NCBI GenBank assembly: GCA_965242675.1
Contig: CBDESW010000004.1
Coordinates: 301,862 to 365,861, forward strand
Length of the DNA: 64,000 nucleotides
Direction: 5' to 3'
From: Dehalococcoidia bacterium
GTDB lineage: Bacteria > Chloroflexota > Dehalococcoidia > Lucifugimonadales > UBA1123
The position numbers and the translations under genes are program-made. The notes under the pieces were generated by a model that saw only the letters and a list, made by a program, of their open reading frames with translations, did no database searches and was not told where the DNA came from. Below are positions 53,243 through 62,570 of this stretch, in pieces. Within the stretch, counting starts at the first letter, position 1; each line of letters begins with the position of its first letter.

Positions 53243-54478
53243 TCATGACTTTCCATGAGTCCGCTTGCAACTTCGGCAGAGTATGGCTAGGTTGCCCACC
53301 TCCGACTCCTCCCACGATACCGGAAACTTGCGGATAACCACGCCGCGCCGTCCGCCGACGTCCCGACTGCAGTAGAGGCATAGCCAGTCTTGCGAATCGC
53401 CGGCAGCCTGGCGGTCTTCCTTAGCAACGCGCCTGTTTTTGAAGGCGAGATACTCTTCCGGCGTCAGGTCGTGTTTGGACGTGTTGCAACTTCGGCAGAG
53501 TACGGCGAGGTTGTCCAGCTCCGACGTCCCGCCGCGCGACACGGGGATTTTGTGGTCAATCGCGCCGTTCCGTCCGCTGACGTCCCGACCGCAGTAGGGG
53601 CATATCCAGCCTTGCGCGTCGCCGACCGCCTGCTTGTGCTTCCGGGCGGCGTATCTCACGCGCTTTATCTCAGACGCCTCGATCTTGCTCGCCAGCCGCC
53701 GAAAGAACAGGTTGTCTTGGGAGACTCCCATCTCCCACAGCGACCGCGCGACCCAGGAGTGGAATACATCCCATCCGCTAATAGCCATCCCATCGCCGTC
53801 AAGCGGCTCGCCGCGCTCTCTCGCCCGCTGCTCTTCTTCTTGCAGGCGACGCACTATCAATTCCGCTTTCTTTCTGCAGGGTTCGCAGGTGCGCCCATCA
53901 TAGGTATTCACTCTCATGCGGTCTTTGCGCCGGCTTTCGACGATGTAAAACTCAATTCCGGCTTTTCTATACAGCGCCCTTCCCCGGCGCGTAGGCCACC
54001 ACCCTCCAATCTTAATCCCCATCCGCGCTCGCGCGCGCCAAAAAACGACATCAGGCCGCACCAATCCGTAATTGTAATTCGCGAGGATGTCGCCCCAGAA
54101 GGCGGCATAGGATTGCGTTCCCTCAACTAGCTCGCGCTCTTCGTCCGCATGGTCAAAGTCTGTCGCGTCCAGCAAACGCACATCCGTCTGGCAATTCTCG
54201 CACGGCGTCGCAATCGGATATTCGCGCCCGTCCGCTTTCGCCGCCCGCCAGTCGGCGATCATCGCCAGTTTCGGCATCCGGTAACTCACTAGCATCGGCG
54301 AGCAGTTCGCGCTGTCCCCCGCCGCGTAGTGGCGGAAGTGGGGCGAGCGCTTGCCTCCCAAGACCGCGACCATTTGCTTACCGCATCCGGCGCAAGTGTA
54401 TTGCCCGCCCCGCTCGGCGTCCGCGATATGGATAAGCATGCCATCCGCGTTCAGGCTGTGTTCGTAAGCTACTCTCAT
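53243..54478 (-). CDS. CoiA-like nuclease N-terminal region fused to tandem HNH modules (second one degenerate)
   Basis: N-terminal zinc ribbon plus YTCAGCGKQMVAVLGGKRSPHFRH (CoiA-like). HNH 1: CPYCGRDVSGRNGAIDHKIPVSRGGTSELDNLAVLCRSCNTSKH (nt 53444-53632). Copy 2: CLYCSRDVGGRRGVVIRKFPVSWEESEVGNLAILCRSCKRTH (nt 53246-53410) lacks the DH catalytic pair. Confidence 0.7.
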   Translation of the reverse strand: MRVAYEHSLNADGMLIHIADAERGGQYTCAGCGKQMVAVLGGKRSPHFRHYAAGDSANCSPMLVSYRMPKLAMIADWRAAKADGREYPIATPCENCQTDVRLLDATDFDHADEERELVEGTQSYAAFWGDILANYNYGLVRPDVVFWRARARMGIKIGGWWPTRRGRALYRKAGIEFYIVESRRKDRMRVNTYDGRTCEPCRKKAELIVRRLQEEEQRARERGEPLDGDGMAISGWDVFHSWVARSLWEMGVSQDNLFFRRLASKIEASEIKRVRYAARKHKQAVGDAQGWICPYCGRDVSGRNGAIDHKIPVSRGGTSELDNLAVLCRSCNTSKHDLTPEEYLAFKNRRVAKEDRQAAGDSQDWLCLYCSRDVGGRRGVVIRKFPVSWEESEVGNLAILCRSCKRTHGKS

Positions 54479-54538
54479 CTTTCGCTCTTTTTACGCTGTT
54501 TTGGATTGCGAGAATTCGTGCGCGGCGCTGATTTTGTC

Positions 54539-55654
54539 TCAACTCAGCGCCATTTCCTTCTGGCTATGCCCGTTCACCGACGCGCGGCTCATCGCGGGGG
54601 CGGCGGGTTGCGGATGGGCGGACGGCAGGGGGCCTATCTCCGCTAGGCGCTCCGGCTCGTCCGCCGGACGCGGACGGCGTTGGCGGTCTATGCCGGTGGC
54701 TATCAGGGTGACGCTCACGCTCTTTTTCATGCGCTTGTCTTGGACTACGCCGAATATGACGTTGGCGTCGGGGTTCGCGGCGCGGCGGATTACTTCGGAC
54801 ACTTCGTGAACTTGCCCAAGCGCCAAGTCGGGGCCGCCCGTCACGTTGAACAGAACGCCGGACGCGCCTTCCAGCGGGGCGTCGAAGAGCGGGTTGGCGA
54901 GGGCGGACTTGGCGGCGTCTGTCGCCGCGTTTCGTCCGCGCCCTTCGCCGACCGCCATGAACGCCGGCCCGCCGCCTTCCATGACCGCTTTGACGTCCGC
55001 GAAGTCCACGTTGATCATGCCGTTGACGGTCACTATGTCGGAGATGCCCTGAACGCCTTGCCGCAGAGCTTCGTCCGCCAGGCGGAAGGCGCGCTCCAGC
55101 TCGACTTTTCCGTCTAGGGCGGCGAGCAGGCGGTCGTTTTCGACGGTTATGAGGGTGTCGGCTTTCTGTCGCAGCTGCCGCAATCCGAGCTCGGCGTTCT
55201 CGCGCCGGGCGGGCCCTTCGAACCCGAACGGCAGGGTGGCGACGCCGACGACCAGCGCGCCGCGTTTGCGGGCGATGTCCGCGACCAGCGCCGCCGCGCC
55301 GGTGCCGGTGCCGCCGCCCATGCCCGCCGCGATGAAAACCATGTCCGCGCCGTCCATCAGGCGCGCGACCTGCGCCTGGCTTTCGCGCATCGCCTTGCGC
55401 CCGATTTCGGGGCGTCCGCCCGACCCCATGCCGCCCGTCGCCTCCGGGCCTATGGCGAACGACGGGATTTCCCGGAACTGCGCGAGCGCCTGAATGTCGG
55501 TGTTGAGCGCGAGATAGCGGACGCCTTCGAGTTTCGCGCGCGTCATTCGGCGGATGGCGTTGCCGCCTCCGCCGCCCACGCCCACGACCCGGATATCCAC
55601 CGTCGACGTCCGTTTGGGCGCGGACGGCGCGCGTTTTCGCCACGGAAAGAACAT
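54539..55654 (-). CDS. ftsZ: Cell division protein FtsZ
   Basis: IRVVGVGGGGGNAIRRM, the tubulin signature GMGGGTGTGAA, NTDIQAL, and a T7-loop region VNVDFADV. Confidence 0.95.
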   Translation of the reverse strand: MFFPWRKRAPSAPKRTSTVDIRVVGVGGGGGNAIRRMTRAKLEGVRYLALNTDIQALAQFREIPSFAIGPEATGGMGSGGRPEIGRKAMRESQAQVARLMDGADMVFIAAGMGGGTGTGAAALVADIARKRGALVVGVATLPFGFEGPARRENAELGLRQLRQKADTLITVENDRLLAALDGKVELERAFRLADEALRQGVQGISDIVTVNGMINVDFADVKAVMEGGGPAFMAVGEGRGRNAATDAAKSALANPLFDAPLEGASGVLFNVTGGPDLALGQVHEVSEVIRRAANPDANVIFGVVQDKRMKKSVSVTLIATGIDRQRRPRPADEPERLAEIGPLPSAHPQPAAPAMSRASVNGHSQKEMALS

Positions 55655-55720
55655 GTTTGACGCTCCCGCTTTCTTTCGGTTGAAATTTCGTTAGCCCGCG
55701 CTCCGCCGCCGGGCGGGCCT

Positions 55721-55990
55721 TTAGGCGGCTTGCGGCGGAACGGCGAGCATGTAGTAAGGTATGTGCCACGTCCCGTTCGTCCCCATGTCCACGACGGCTT
55801 GTCGCGGGCGCGCTTCCATCACGCGCCCATGCAGTCCGAACTTCGGACCGCCTCGGATTCTGCCGCAGTACTGGACGACCTGCCCCGGACGCGCGTTGAG
55901 GGGCCCCAGCCTGACGCTGGCTTCCCTTCGGCGCGCGAACCCCGGCATGGGCATCTGCGGGTTGGCGAAATCGGCGATTTGGGTTGTCAT
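55721..55990 (-). CDS. Small hypothetical protein upstream of ftsZ
   Basis: About 89 aa from the ATG at 55990 (MTTQIADFANPQ...). No recognisable motif. Same strand as ftsZ, 66 nt upstream of it. Coding status is unproven. Confidence 0.35.
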   Translation of the reverse strand: MTTQIADFANPQMPMPGFARRREASVRLGPLNARPGQVVQYCGRIRGGPKFGLHGRVMEARPRQAVVDMGTNGTWHIPYYMLAVPPQAA

Positions 55991-56075
55991 GGGCGTCACC
56001 AAAATCCAAAACTCTTGTTCGTAAGAACAGTTTAGAACATGGTTGGAGGCTTGTCAAGGGGAAATTTCGGGAAAT

Positions 56076-56104
56076 TTGACATTGGCTAATCCGCTGGCTA
56101 TACT
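56076..56104 (+). promoter_or_regulatory. Near-consensus sigma70 promoter for the 5S rRNA gene
   Basis: TTGACA (56076-56081), an exactly 17-nt spacer, then TATACT (56099-56104). It ends 12-14 nt before the mature 5' end of the 5S rRNA. A GGGAAATTT direct repeat lies just upstream. Confidence 0.7.
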
Positions 56105-56116
56105 AATCGTTGAAAT

Positions 56117-56236
56117 CTCTTGGTGGTTTGAGCGAGGCGGACCCACCCGTTCCCATCCCGAACACGGAAGTGAAACGCTTCAGCGCCGACGATACTGCAC
56201 TTGCAAGGGTGTGGGAAAATAGGTCACTGCCAGGGG
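56117..56236 (+). rRNA. rrf: 5S ribosomal RNA
   Basis: Universal 5S blocks are present: CCCACCCGTTCCCATCCCGAACACGGAAGTGAAACGC..AGCGCCGA.GATACT...GGGAAAATAGGTCACTGCCAGG. Helix I closes between CTTGGTGG (56119-56126) and CTGCCAGG (56227-56234), using G-U pairs. Confidence 0.9.
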
Positions 56237-56483
56237 TGTTTCGCGGGCGCAGCGCCGCCGTTCCCGCATGTAGGGTCTGGCGGGGCGCGTCCGCGCCGGC
56301 GGTCGCTTTGGCGCGGCGGGGGACGCCGAAACGCGCGCAACCGGGGTTTCCATGCCACTTTCCGCGTGTTGCAATCAGCCCAATCCAAAAATCCCAAGGG
56401 ATGGTCGGCGCGGAGCCTTCAAGAACCACTCTTCCCGCCGGCATCGCCGCCCGAATCGGGCGCGCGGCGGGGCGGAATTAGGC

Positions 56484-56512
56484 TTTACCTGCCGAACTCC
56501 GCGCCATATAAT
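56484..56512 (+). promoter_or_regulatory. Possible rpsA promoter
   Basis: TTTACC (56484-56489), a 17-nt spacer, then TATAAT (56507-56512), 36 nt upstream of the rpsA ATG. Confidence 0.35.
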
Positions 56513-56548
56513 GAATCCGCCCTATCCCAACACCGGAAAGTTGAAACA

Positions 56549-57721
56549 ATGACTACTGAACTAGAACTAGAGCGAGAGCAGGCGCCCGCCGTCGAGGACA
56601 TGGGGCAGCTGCTTGAAGAAAGCGAAATCAGAAGCGTCCGCCGGAACGAAATCGTCGAAGGCGAAGTGCTGAGCGCGGACGCCTCGAACGGCTTGCTCGT
56701 GGACATCGGACAGAAATCCGAAGCCCTCGTCCCGCCGAACGAAATGAAAACGATGAACGCCGAAAGCGTGGACGCCCTCGTGGGAAGCGTCATCACCGCG
56801 ATGGTCATGCGCCCGGAATCGGGCGAAAACCCCGCCCTGCTCTCCGTCGACAAGGCGGTCGGCGAACAGGGGTGGATATTCCTCGAGAAGGCGCACGGCT
56901 CCGGCGAAACCATCGTCGGCGTCATCGCCGGCTTCAACCGGGGCGGCTCCATCGTGGAAGTCGAAGGCGTGCAGGGGTTCGTCCCCATGTCGCAGCTGGT
57001 CTCCGTTCCCAGAGAGCGCTTCCGGCTGTATCAGGACAGCGAGCAGCAGCGTCTGTCGGACGACGAGCGCCGCTCGCTCCAAGCCGCCCAGAACGAAGAG
57101 CGCGGCAAAGAGCTGACCATGAAAGTGCTGGAAGTCAACCGCCAGCGCAACCGCGCCATATTCTCCGAACGCGAAGCGGTCAAAGAGTCGCGCGAAGCGC
57201 TCAAAGCCAAACTGATCGAAGACCTCGAAGAGGGACAGATCAAGAAAGGCACCGTGACCGGCATCAGCAGCTTCGGCGCCTTCGTGGACATCGGCGGCGC
57301 GGACGGGTTGATCCACATCTCCGAACTGTCCTGGAGCATGGTGAACACGCCGGAGGAAGTGGTGCGCGTCGGGCAGGAGCTGGACGTGTACGTTCTGCGC
57401 GTGGACGCCGAGAGCAAGAAGATAGCCCTGAGCCTGCGGCGCCTCCAGCCGGAGCCGTGGGAAACCATCCACGAGCGCCACAACATCGGCGACGTGGTGC
57501 CGGCGACGGTCACGAAACTGACGAACTTCGGCGCGTTCGCGCGGGTCGAAGACTCCATAGAGGGGCTAATCCACATCTCGGAACTCTCGCCCAGGATGAT
57601 AAACCACCCGCGCGAGGTGGTCAGAGAGGGCGACCAGGTGGAAGTCAAGATTCTGCGCATTGAGCCGGAGCGCAGAAGGCTGGGGCTTAGCCTGAAACAG
57701 GCGGCGGCGGGCTACTTCTAA
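56549..57721 (+). CDS. rpsA: 30S ribosomal protein S1 (four S1 domains)
   Basis: ATG at 56549 (MTTELELE). S1-domain cores IVEGEVLSADASNGLLVDIG, IVGVIAGFNRGGSIVEVEGVQGFVPMSQL, KGTVTGISSFGAFVDIGGADGLIHISEL and PATVTKLTNFGAFARVEDSIEGLIHISEL. The ORF-track N-terminal extension overlaps the 5S gene and is rejected. Confidence 0.9.
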   Translation: MTTELELEREQAPAVEDMGQLLEESEIRSVRRNEIVEGEVLSADASNGLLVDIGQKSEALVPPNEMKTMNAESVDALVGSVITAMVMRPESGENPALLSVDKAVGEQGWIFLEKAHGSGETIVGVIAGFNRGGSIVEVEGVQGFVPMSQLVSVPRERFRLYQDSEQQRLSDDERRSLQAAQNEERGKELTMKVLEVNRQRNRAIFSEREAVKESREALKAKLIEDLEEGQIKKGTVTGISSFGAFVDIGGADGLIHISELSWSMVNTPEEVVRVGQELDVYVLRVDAESKKIALSLRRLQPEPWETIHERHNIGDVVPATVTKLTNFGAFARVEDSIEGLIHISELSPRMINHPREVVREGDQVEVKILRIEPERRRLGLSLKQAAAGYF

Positions 57722-57778
57722 ACGCTCCCGCCGAACTTCCGCTCCCCCCAACTTTGCGACCCACAGGAGAGACTTCCA

Positions 57779-60310
57779 ATGGCTAGTCGGTTCGAGAAAT
57801 TCTCCGAGAAGGCGCGCAGAGTGCTCTCTCTCGCCCAAGAAGAGGCGCAGCGCTTCAACCACACCTACATCGGCACGGAGCACATCCTGCTCGGCCTTGT
57901 CCGCGAAACGGACGGGGTAGCCGCCAAAGTGCTGGGCAATCTCGACGTGGAGCTGCCGAAAGTGCGCTCCGCCGTCGAGTTCATCATCGGCAGAGGCGAG
58001 CGCGCCGCCACCGGCGACATCGGGCTGACCCCAAGAGCCAAAAAGGTCATCGAGCTCGCCGTGGACGAAGCGCGGCGGCTCAACCACACCTACATCGGCA
58101 CCGAGCATCTGCTCATCGGGCTGATGCGCGAAGGCGAAGGCGTGCCGGCGGGCGTTCTCGAAAGCCTCGGGGTGACGCTTGACAAAGTGCGCTCCGAAAC
58201 CAGCCAGTTGCTGAGCCAAGGCGGACAGCGCTCCGAACGCGGCGGACGGACGCGCTCCAAGACGCCCACGCTGGACAATTTCGGCATCGACCTCACCAAA
58301 CTGGCGCGCGACGGCGAGCTCGACCCGACTGTGGGGCGCGACAAAGAAATCCAGCGCGTCACCCAGATACTCAGCCGCCGCCGAAAGAACAACCCCGTGC
58401 TGGTGGGCGAGCCGGGCGTGGGCAAGACAGCCATCGTCGAAGGGCTCGCCAAGCGCATCGTCGACAACGAAGTCCCCACCACGCTCACCGACAAGCGTCT
58501 GCTGACGCTCGACATGGGAGCGCTGATAGCCGGCACGAAGTATCGCGGCGAGTTCGAAGAGCGGCTCAAGAGAGTCGTGGCGGAAATCAAAGACTCCAAC
58601 TGCGTGCTGTTCATAGACGAAGTCCACACGATGATAGGCGCCGGCTCCGCCGAGGGCGCCGTGGACGCCGCCAACATCCTCAAGCCGTCCCTCGCCAGAG
58701 GCGACCTGCAGACGATAGGCGCGACCACGCTTGACGACTACCGCAAATACGTCGAGCGCGACCCGGCCCTGGAGCGCCGCTTCCAACCGGTGCGCGTGGA
58801 CGAGCCGAGCGCCGAAGAGACGGTCGAAATTCTCAGAGGCGTCAAGAAGCAGTACGAAGAGCATCACGACCTGGACATAACGGACGAGGCGATTCAGCAG
58901 GCGGCGACGCTCGCCTCGCGCTACATCGCCGACCGCTTCCTGCCCGACAAGGCGATAGACCTGATAGACGAAGCGGCGTCCCGCGTCCGCATCAACTCCA
59001 GCGCCGCCCCGGTGTCGGTGAAAGAGCTGGCGCGGATGCTCGACAGCGTCCGCAAAGAGAAAGACGAAGCCATAGCCGAGCGCGATTACGAATTCGCGGC
59101 GGAACTGCGCGACCGCGAAGCGAGCATGGCGTCAAAGCTGGAAGAGCTCGAAAAGAACTGGAAGGACGAGCGGGCGCAAGACAAGCCGCAGGTGACCGAA
59201 GAGGACATCGCCGAAGTCGTCAGCATGTGGACGTCCATCCCCGTGACGCGGCTGGCGGCCACCGAAACCGAGCGCCTCATCAACATGGAAGAATCCCTGC
59301 ACGAAAAGGTAATCGGGCAGGAAGAGCCGATAACCATGGTCTCCAAAGCCGTCCGCCGCGCGCGCTCCGGGCTGAAGAACCCGCGCCGCCCCACGGGCAT
59401 CTTCATGTTCCTCGGCCCCACCGGCGTGGGCAAAACCCTGCTGGTCCGCAAGCTGGCGGAGTTCCTGTTCGGCTCGGAGGACGCCCTGATACGCATCGAC
59501 ATGTCCGAGTTCATGGAGCGCCACTCGGTGGCGCGGCTGGTGGGAGCGCCGCCGGGCTACATCGGCTACGACGACGGCGGACAGCTCACCGAAGCGGTCA
59601 GGCGCAAGTCCTACAGCGTCATCCTGCTCGACGAGATCGAGAAGGCGCACCCCGAAGTGTTCAACATCCTGCTCCAGATATTCGACGACGGCCACTTGAC
59701 CGACTCGAAGGGGCGCAAAGTGGACTTCCGCAACACGATAGTGGTGATGACGTCCAACATCGGCTCCGACCTGATACGCCAAGACCGCTCCATCGGCTTC
59801 GCCGCCCGCTCCGGGCAGGGGCAGACGGACGACCAAGCCTACCAGCGCATGAAGACGAACGTCCTCGACGAGGTCAAGCGCTTCTTCCGCCCCGAATTCC
59901 TCAACCGCATAGACGGCAGCGTGGTGTTCCACCCGCTCAGCCGCGAGCATATGCACCGCATCATCCCCATCGAGCTGAAGGACGTCACGTCCAACCTCAT
60001 CGAAAAGGGGATCGATCTGAAGGTGACGGACGCGGCGAAGGACTGGATGGTCGACAAGGGCTACGACCCGATCTTCGGCGCCCGCCCGCTCCGCCGGGTC
60101 ATCCAAGACCACGTGGAGGACAAACTCTCCGACGCCATCCTGCGCGGCGACCTCGGACCCGCCGACACCGCCATCGTGGATATGGACGAAGAAGGCGAAG
60201 TCGTAGTCCGCTCCGAATCGCCCTTCGCCGACCTGATAGACGGCGGCGACGACGAGTCCGAAACGGAAATCGCCGAGCCGGAAGCGGAAGTCGCGGCGGC
60301 TACGACGTAG
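57779..60310 (+). CDS. clpC: ATP-dependent Clp protease ATP-binding subunit ClpC
   Basis: Duplicated Clp_N repeats ([13 protein letters not shown] and [13 protein letters not shown]). Walker A motifs GEPGVGKT and [11 protein letters not shown]-like motif [11 protein letters not shown]. ClpB/ClpC signature regions are also present. Confidence 0.93.
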   Translation: MASRFEKFSEKARRVLSLAQEEAQRFNHTYIGTEHILLGLVRETDGVAAKVLGNLDVELPKVRSAVEFIIGRGERAATGDIGLTPRAKKVIELAVDEARRLNHTYIGTEHLLIGLMREGEGVPAGVLESLGVTLDKVRSETSQLLSQGGQRSERGGRTRSKTPTLDNFGIDLTKLARDGELDPTVGRDKEIQRVTQILSRRRKNNPVLVGEPGVGKTAIVEGLAKRIVDNEVPTTLTDKRLLTLDMGALIAGTKYRGEFEERLKRVVAEIKDSNCVLFIDEVHTMIGAGSAEGAVDAANILKPSLARGDLQTIGATTLDDYRKYVERDPALERRFQPVRVDEPSAEETVEILRGVKKQYEEHHDLDITDEAIQQAATLASRYIADRFLPDKAIDLIDEAASRVRINSSAAPVSVKELARMLDSVRKEKDEAIAERDYEFAAELRDREASMASKLEELEKNWKDERAQDKPQVTEEDIAEVVSMWTSIPVTRLAATETERLINMEESLHEKVIGQEEPITMVSKAVRRARSGLKNPRRPTGIFMFLGPTGVGKTLLVRKLAEFLFGSEDALIRIDMSEFMERHSVARLVGAPPGYIGYDDGGQLTEAVRRKSYSVILLDEIEKAHPEVFNILLQIFDDGHLTDSKGRKVDFRNTIVVMTSNIGSDLIRQDRSIGFAARSGQGQTDDQAYQRMKTNVLDEVKRFFRPEFLNRIDGSVVFHPLSREHMHRIIPIELKDVTSNLIEKGIDLKVTDAAKDWMVDKGYDPIFGARPLRRVIQDHVEDKLSDAILRGDLGPADTAIVDMDEEGEVVVRSESPFADLIDGGDDESETEIAEPEAEVAAATT

Positions 60311-60334
60311 GCGAGCGTCCGCGCAACCGATGCG

Positions 60335-60371
60335 AAAGCCCGCCGCGCGCCCGCCGGCGGGCTTTTCGTTT
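60335..60371 (+). terminator. Rho-independent terminator after clpC
   Basis: 10-bp perfect stem AAAGCCCGCC (60335-60344) / GGCGGGCTTT (60356-60365), an 11-nt loop, then TTCGTTT. Confidence 0.7.
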
Positions 60372-60471
60372 GGGGGGATATTTTCTATAATCGCAACGGC
60401 GCGTTCGGACGGGCTAACCGGCGAAACAATCCGGGCGCGGCGACGAAAGAATCTATGGGAGCGCAAACGAG

Positions 60472-62559
60472 ATGACCGTTCCGCAATTGGAATTCGGAAA
60501 CAACGCGGAGTTCGACCTGGACGACAAAACCGGGTTGCGGGTCGTCGACGCGTCGTTCCAGCGCGAAACGAAATTCGCGTGGTCGCTCTTCGACGGCTAC
60601 GATTCCATTCGGATACTCACGTACTCCGCCGGAATCGGCGCGATAGTCAGGTTGCTTGACAAGCACGAATTCGAGACTTTCGAGTGCGTCTTCGGATGCG
60701 AAACCACGCTCAACAGCCTGAAGGACATACTCGCCTTCCAGAAAGTCGCCGTCGGCGACACGCGCGCCGCCATAAAGAACCTCGCCGACCCAAGGCACGC
60801 CTTCATACTTGAACGGGTCAGGAGCGGGCAGGCGTCTTTTCGCGTTCTCAGAAAGCGGATAGCCCACTCCAAACTGTATCTGCTCGAAAACCGAGAAAGC
60901 GGCGATACGCGGGCGATAATCGGCTCGGCGAATCTTTCGGAAACCGCGTTCGGAGGCAAGCAGTCCGAGACGCTGGTCAAGTTCGACTGCGACCCCGATG
61001 CGTGGGCGCACTACTCCAACCAGTATAGAGAAGTGCGCGACAACGCTTCCGACCAAATCGAGTTGCCTCCGGAGCGCGTGGAAACCGCCGAAATCAAACT
61101 GCATGAAATCCCGGTCCTTAACCCGACGAACCACTCCACACTCGTGATAGACGGCATTTCGGGCGGCGACTCGCCAAACGGACGCCCTGTTCTCAACGTA
61201 AACGTCCCGACGCAGGCGGAACGCATAGAGAAGGTGAAAGTGGACATCATCCCGCCATCTATAAACCCCATCCTCCCGCCGTTTCGAGAGGGCGTTCAGC
61301 GCGTGACGCCGGACGCTCTCAGGAAAATCGCCAGAGAAAGCGTCCGCATCAAAGAAGTTCGCTCCGAGGAAGAAGCCGACCACCGCCGGTTTTCCATAGA
61401 CATAGGCGCGAAGAACGCGCTTTTGCTCGATAAGCCTTATTCCTTGTCGTTCGATGAGGCGAAAGCGCGTGAAGACGCCCGCTCGCTAGTGGATTACTTC
61501 GGCAACTACGAAGACGCTTTCGAGGGCGGGCTTGGGGTCGAGCGCCTGCAGCGCGACTACTTCATCCTCTGGTCGTGGCTATACTTCTCGCCGTTCATGT
61601 GCGACATGCGAAACATGGCGGGACACAGCGGGGACATCTTTCGGTATCCGTCGTTCGCCATCGTTTACGGCAAGCCGTCCTGCGGCAAATCCAGCCTCAT
61701 AGACACGCTCGTCACGTCCATGTTCGGCAAGCCGTACAACATAGACAAGCGGGACTTCACCAAAAGCAAGTTGCGCGGAATTCAGAGCGCGTTCAAGCGG
61801 TTTCCCGCCATTTTCGACGACATCGGAAAAGCCGCGATACGGAATCACGGAAGCGAAATCATAAAAGACGAAAACCCGCCGCCTGCGACGGAGTATCCCT
61901 GCTTCGCGCTCTCGATGAATCAGGAACTGAACGCATTTCCTGATGAACTGGTCAAGCGCAGTCTGATGGTCTATACGACGACGGCGCTTCCTTCCTACAA
62001 AGAAGACCGCCGCCACGAGCTCCACATGGAAATCCAGCGCGTCCGCCGTTCGCTCAGCGACAACTTCTATCGGGAATATCTGTCGCGCGCCATAGACGAG
62101 CTTGCCCTTCTAAGGGAAAGCGGAAACCCGCTGGTCGGCGACTGGCTGGAGTTTTCTTCGACCATCCTGAGCGGGATGATAGACGCCAAAACCGAAGGCG
62201 AGCCGCCGAAGTGGAGCGCGCCGGCGACTTGGAACGAATACGCCGACAAGCGGCATGACCGAGTGAAAACCCAGCTCGAAAATCTCTTGCGCCCCGCGCG
62301 GCGAATCAAAAAAGAGGGTGAGCGCGAAGAGGGTTGGATTCTCGAAGGCGACAAAGTAATCGTCATGGAGCGGACGGACGCTTTCGGGCGGCGCGGGTTC
62401 GATTGGGAGAACGTCCCGTCCACCCTGATTGACGAAAACATAAGCGTGGGAAGCCGGACGGTTCTCAACCGCCGCGAGCTAGAGGAGTTTCTCGGAGCGC
62501 GGCTTGTCGAAGGCGGCGTTTCCGGTTGGGTCGGCAAACTGTTCAGGCTTGGCGGATAG
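60472..62559 (+). CDS. PLD-like (HKD) nuclease domain fused to a P-loop NTPase (SF3/D5-like motif spacing); unnamed family
   Basis: HKD motif RIAHSKLYLLEN...RAIIGSANLSETAF (nt about 60865-60936). Walker A YGKPSCGKSS (61669-61695), Walker B-like FPAIFDD (about 61807-61821), motif-C-like FALSMN (about 61906-61920). TATAAT at 60386-60391 lies upstream. The stop is 11 nt before the radA ATG. Confidence 0.75.
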   Translation: MTVPQLEFGNNAEFDLDDKTGLRVVDASFQRETKFAWSLFDGYDSIRILTYSAGIGAIVRLLDKHEFETFECVFGCETTLNSLKDILAFQKVAVGDTRAAIKNLADPRHAFILERVRSGQASFRVLRKRIAHSKLYLLENRESGDTRAIIGSANLSETAFGGKQSETLVKFDCDPDAWAHYSNQYREVRDNASDQIELPPERVETAEIKLHEIPVLNPTNHSTLVIDGISGGDSPNGRPVLNVNVPTQAERIEKVKVDIIPPSINPILPPFREGVQRVTPDALRKIARESVRIKEVRSEEEADHRRFSIDIGAKNALLLDKPYSLSFDEAKAREDARSLVDYFGNYEDAFEGGLGVERLQRDYFILWSWLYFSPFMCDMRNMAGHSGDIFRYPSFAIVYGKPSCGKSSLIDTLVTSMFGKPYNIDKRDFTKSKLRGIQSAFKRFPAIFDDIGKAAIRNHGSEIIKDENPPPATEYPCFALSMNQELNAFPDELVKRSLMVYTTTALPSYKEDRRHELHMEIQRVRRSLSDNFYREYLSRAIDELALLRESGNPLVGDWLEFSSTILSGMIDAKTEGEPPKWSAPATWNEYADKRHDRVKTQLENLLRPARRIKKEGEREEGWILEGDKVIVMERTDAFGRRGFDWENVPSTLIDENISVGSRTVLNRRELEEFLGARLVEGGVSGWVGKLFRLGG

Positions 62560-62570
62560 GCGGCGTCATC

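Noticed and set aside
54564-56057. 497-aa ORF overlapping ftsZ and the small upstream gene
   Set aside because: It is in a different frame of the same strand as a textbook FtsZ, and its translation is an Arg/Gly/Pro-rich artefact.
56201-56548. 116-aa N-terminal extension of the rpsA ORF in the track
   Set aside because: It would start inside the 5S rRNA gene and has no S1-like sequence. The ATG at 56549 gives a normal S1 N-terminus and lies downstream of a plausible promoter.
60385-61383. 332-aa ORF antisense to the PLD/ATPase gene
   Set aside because: It has no motifs and overlaps the frame that carries the HKD and Walker motifs. It was considered as a possible antisense partner, but nothing in the sequence supports that.
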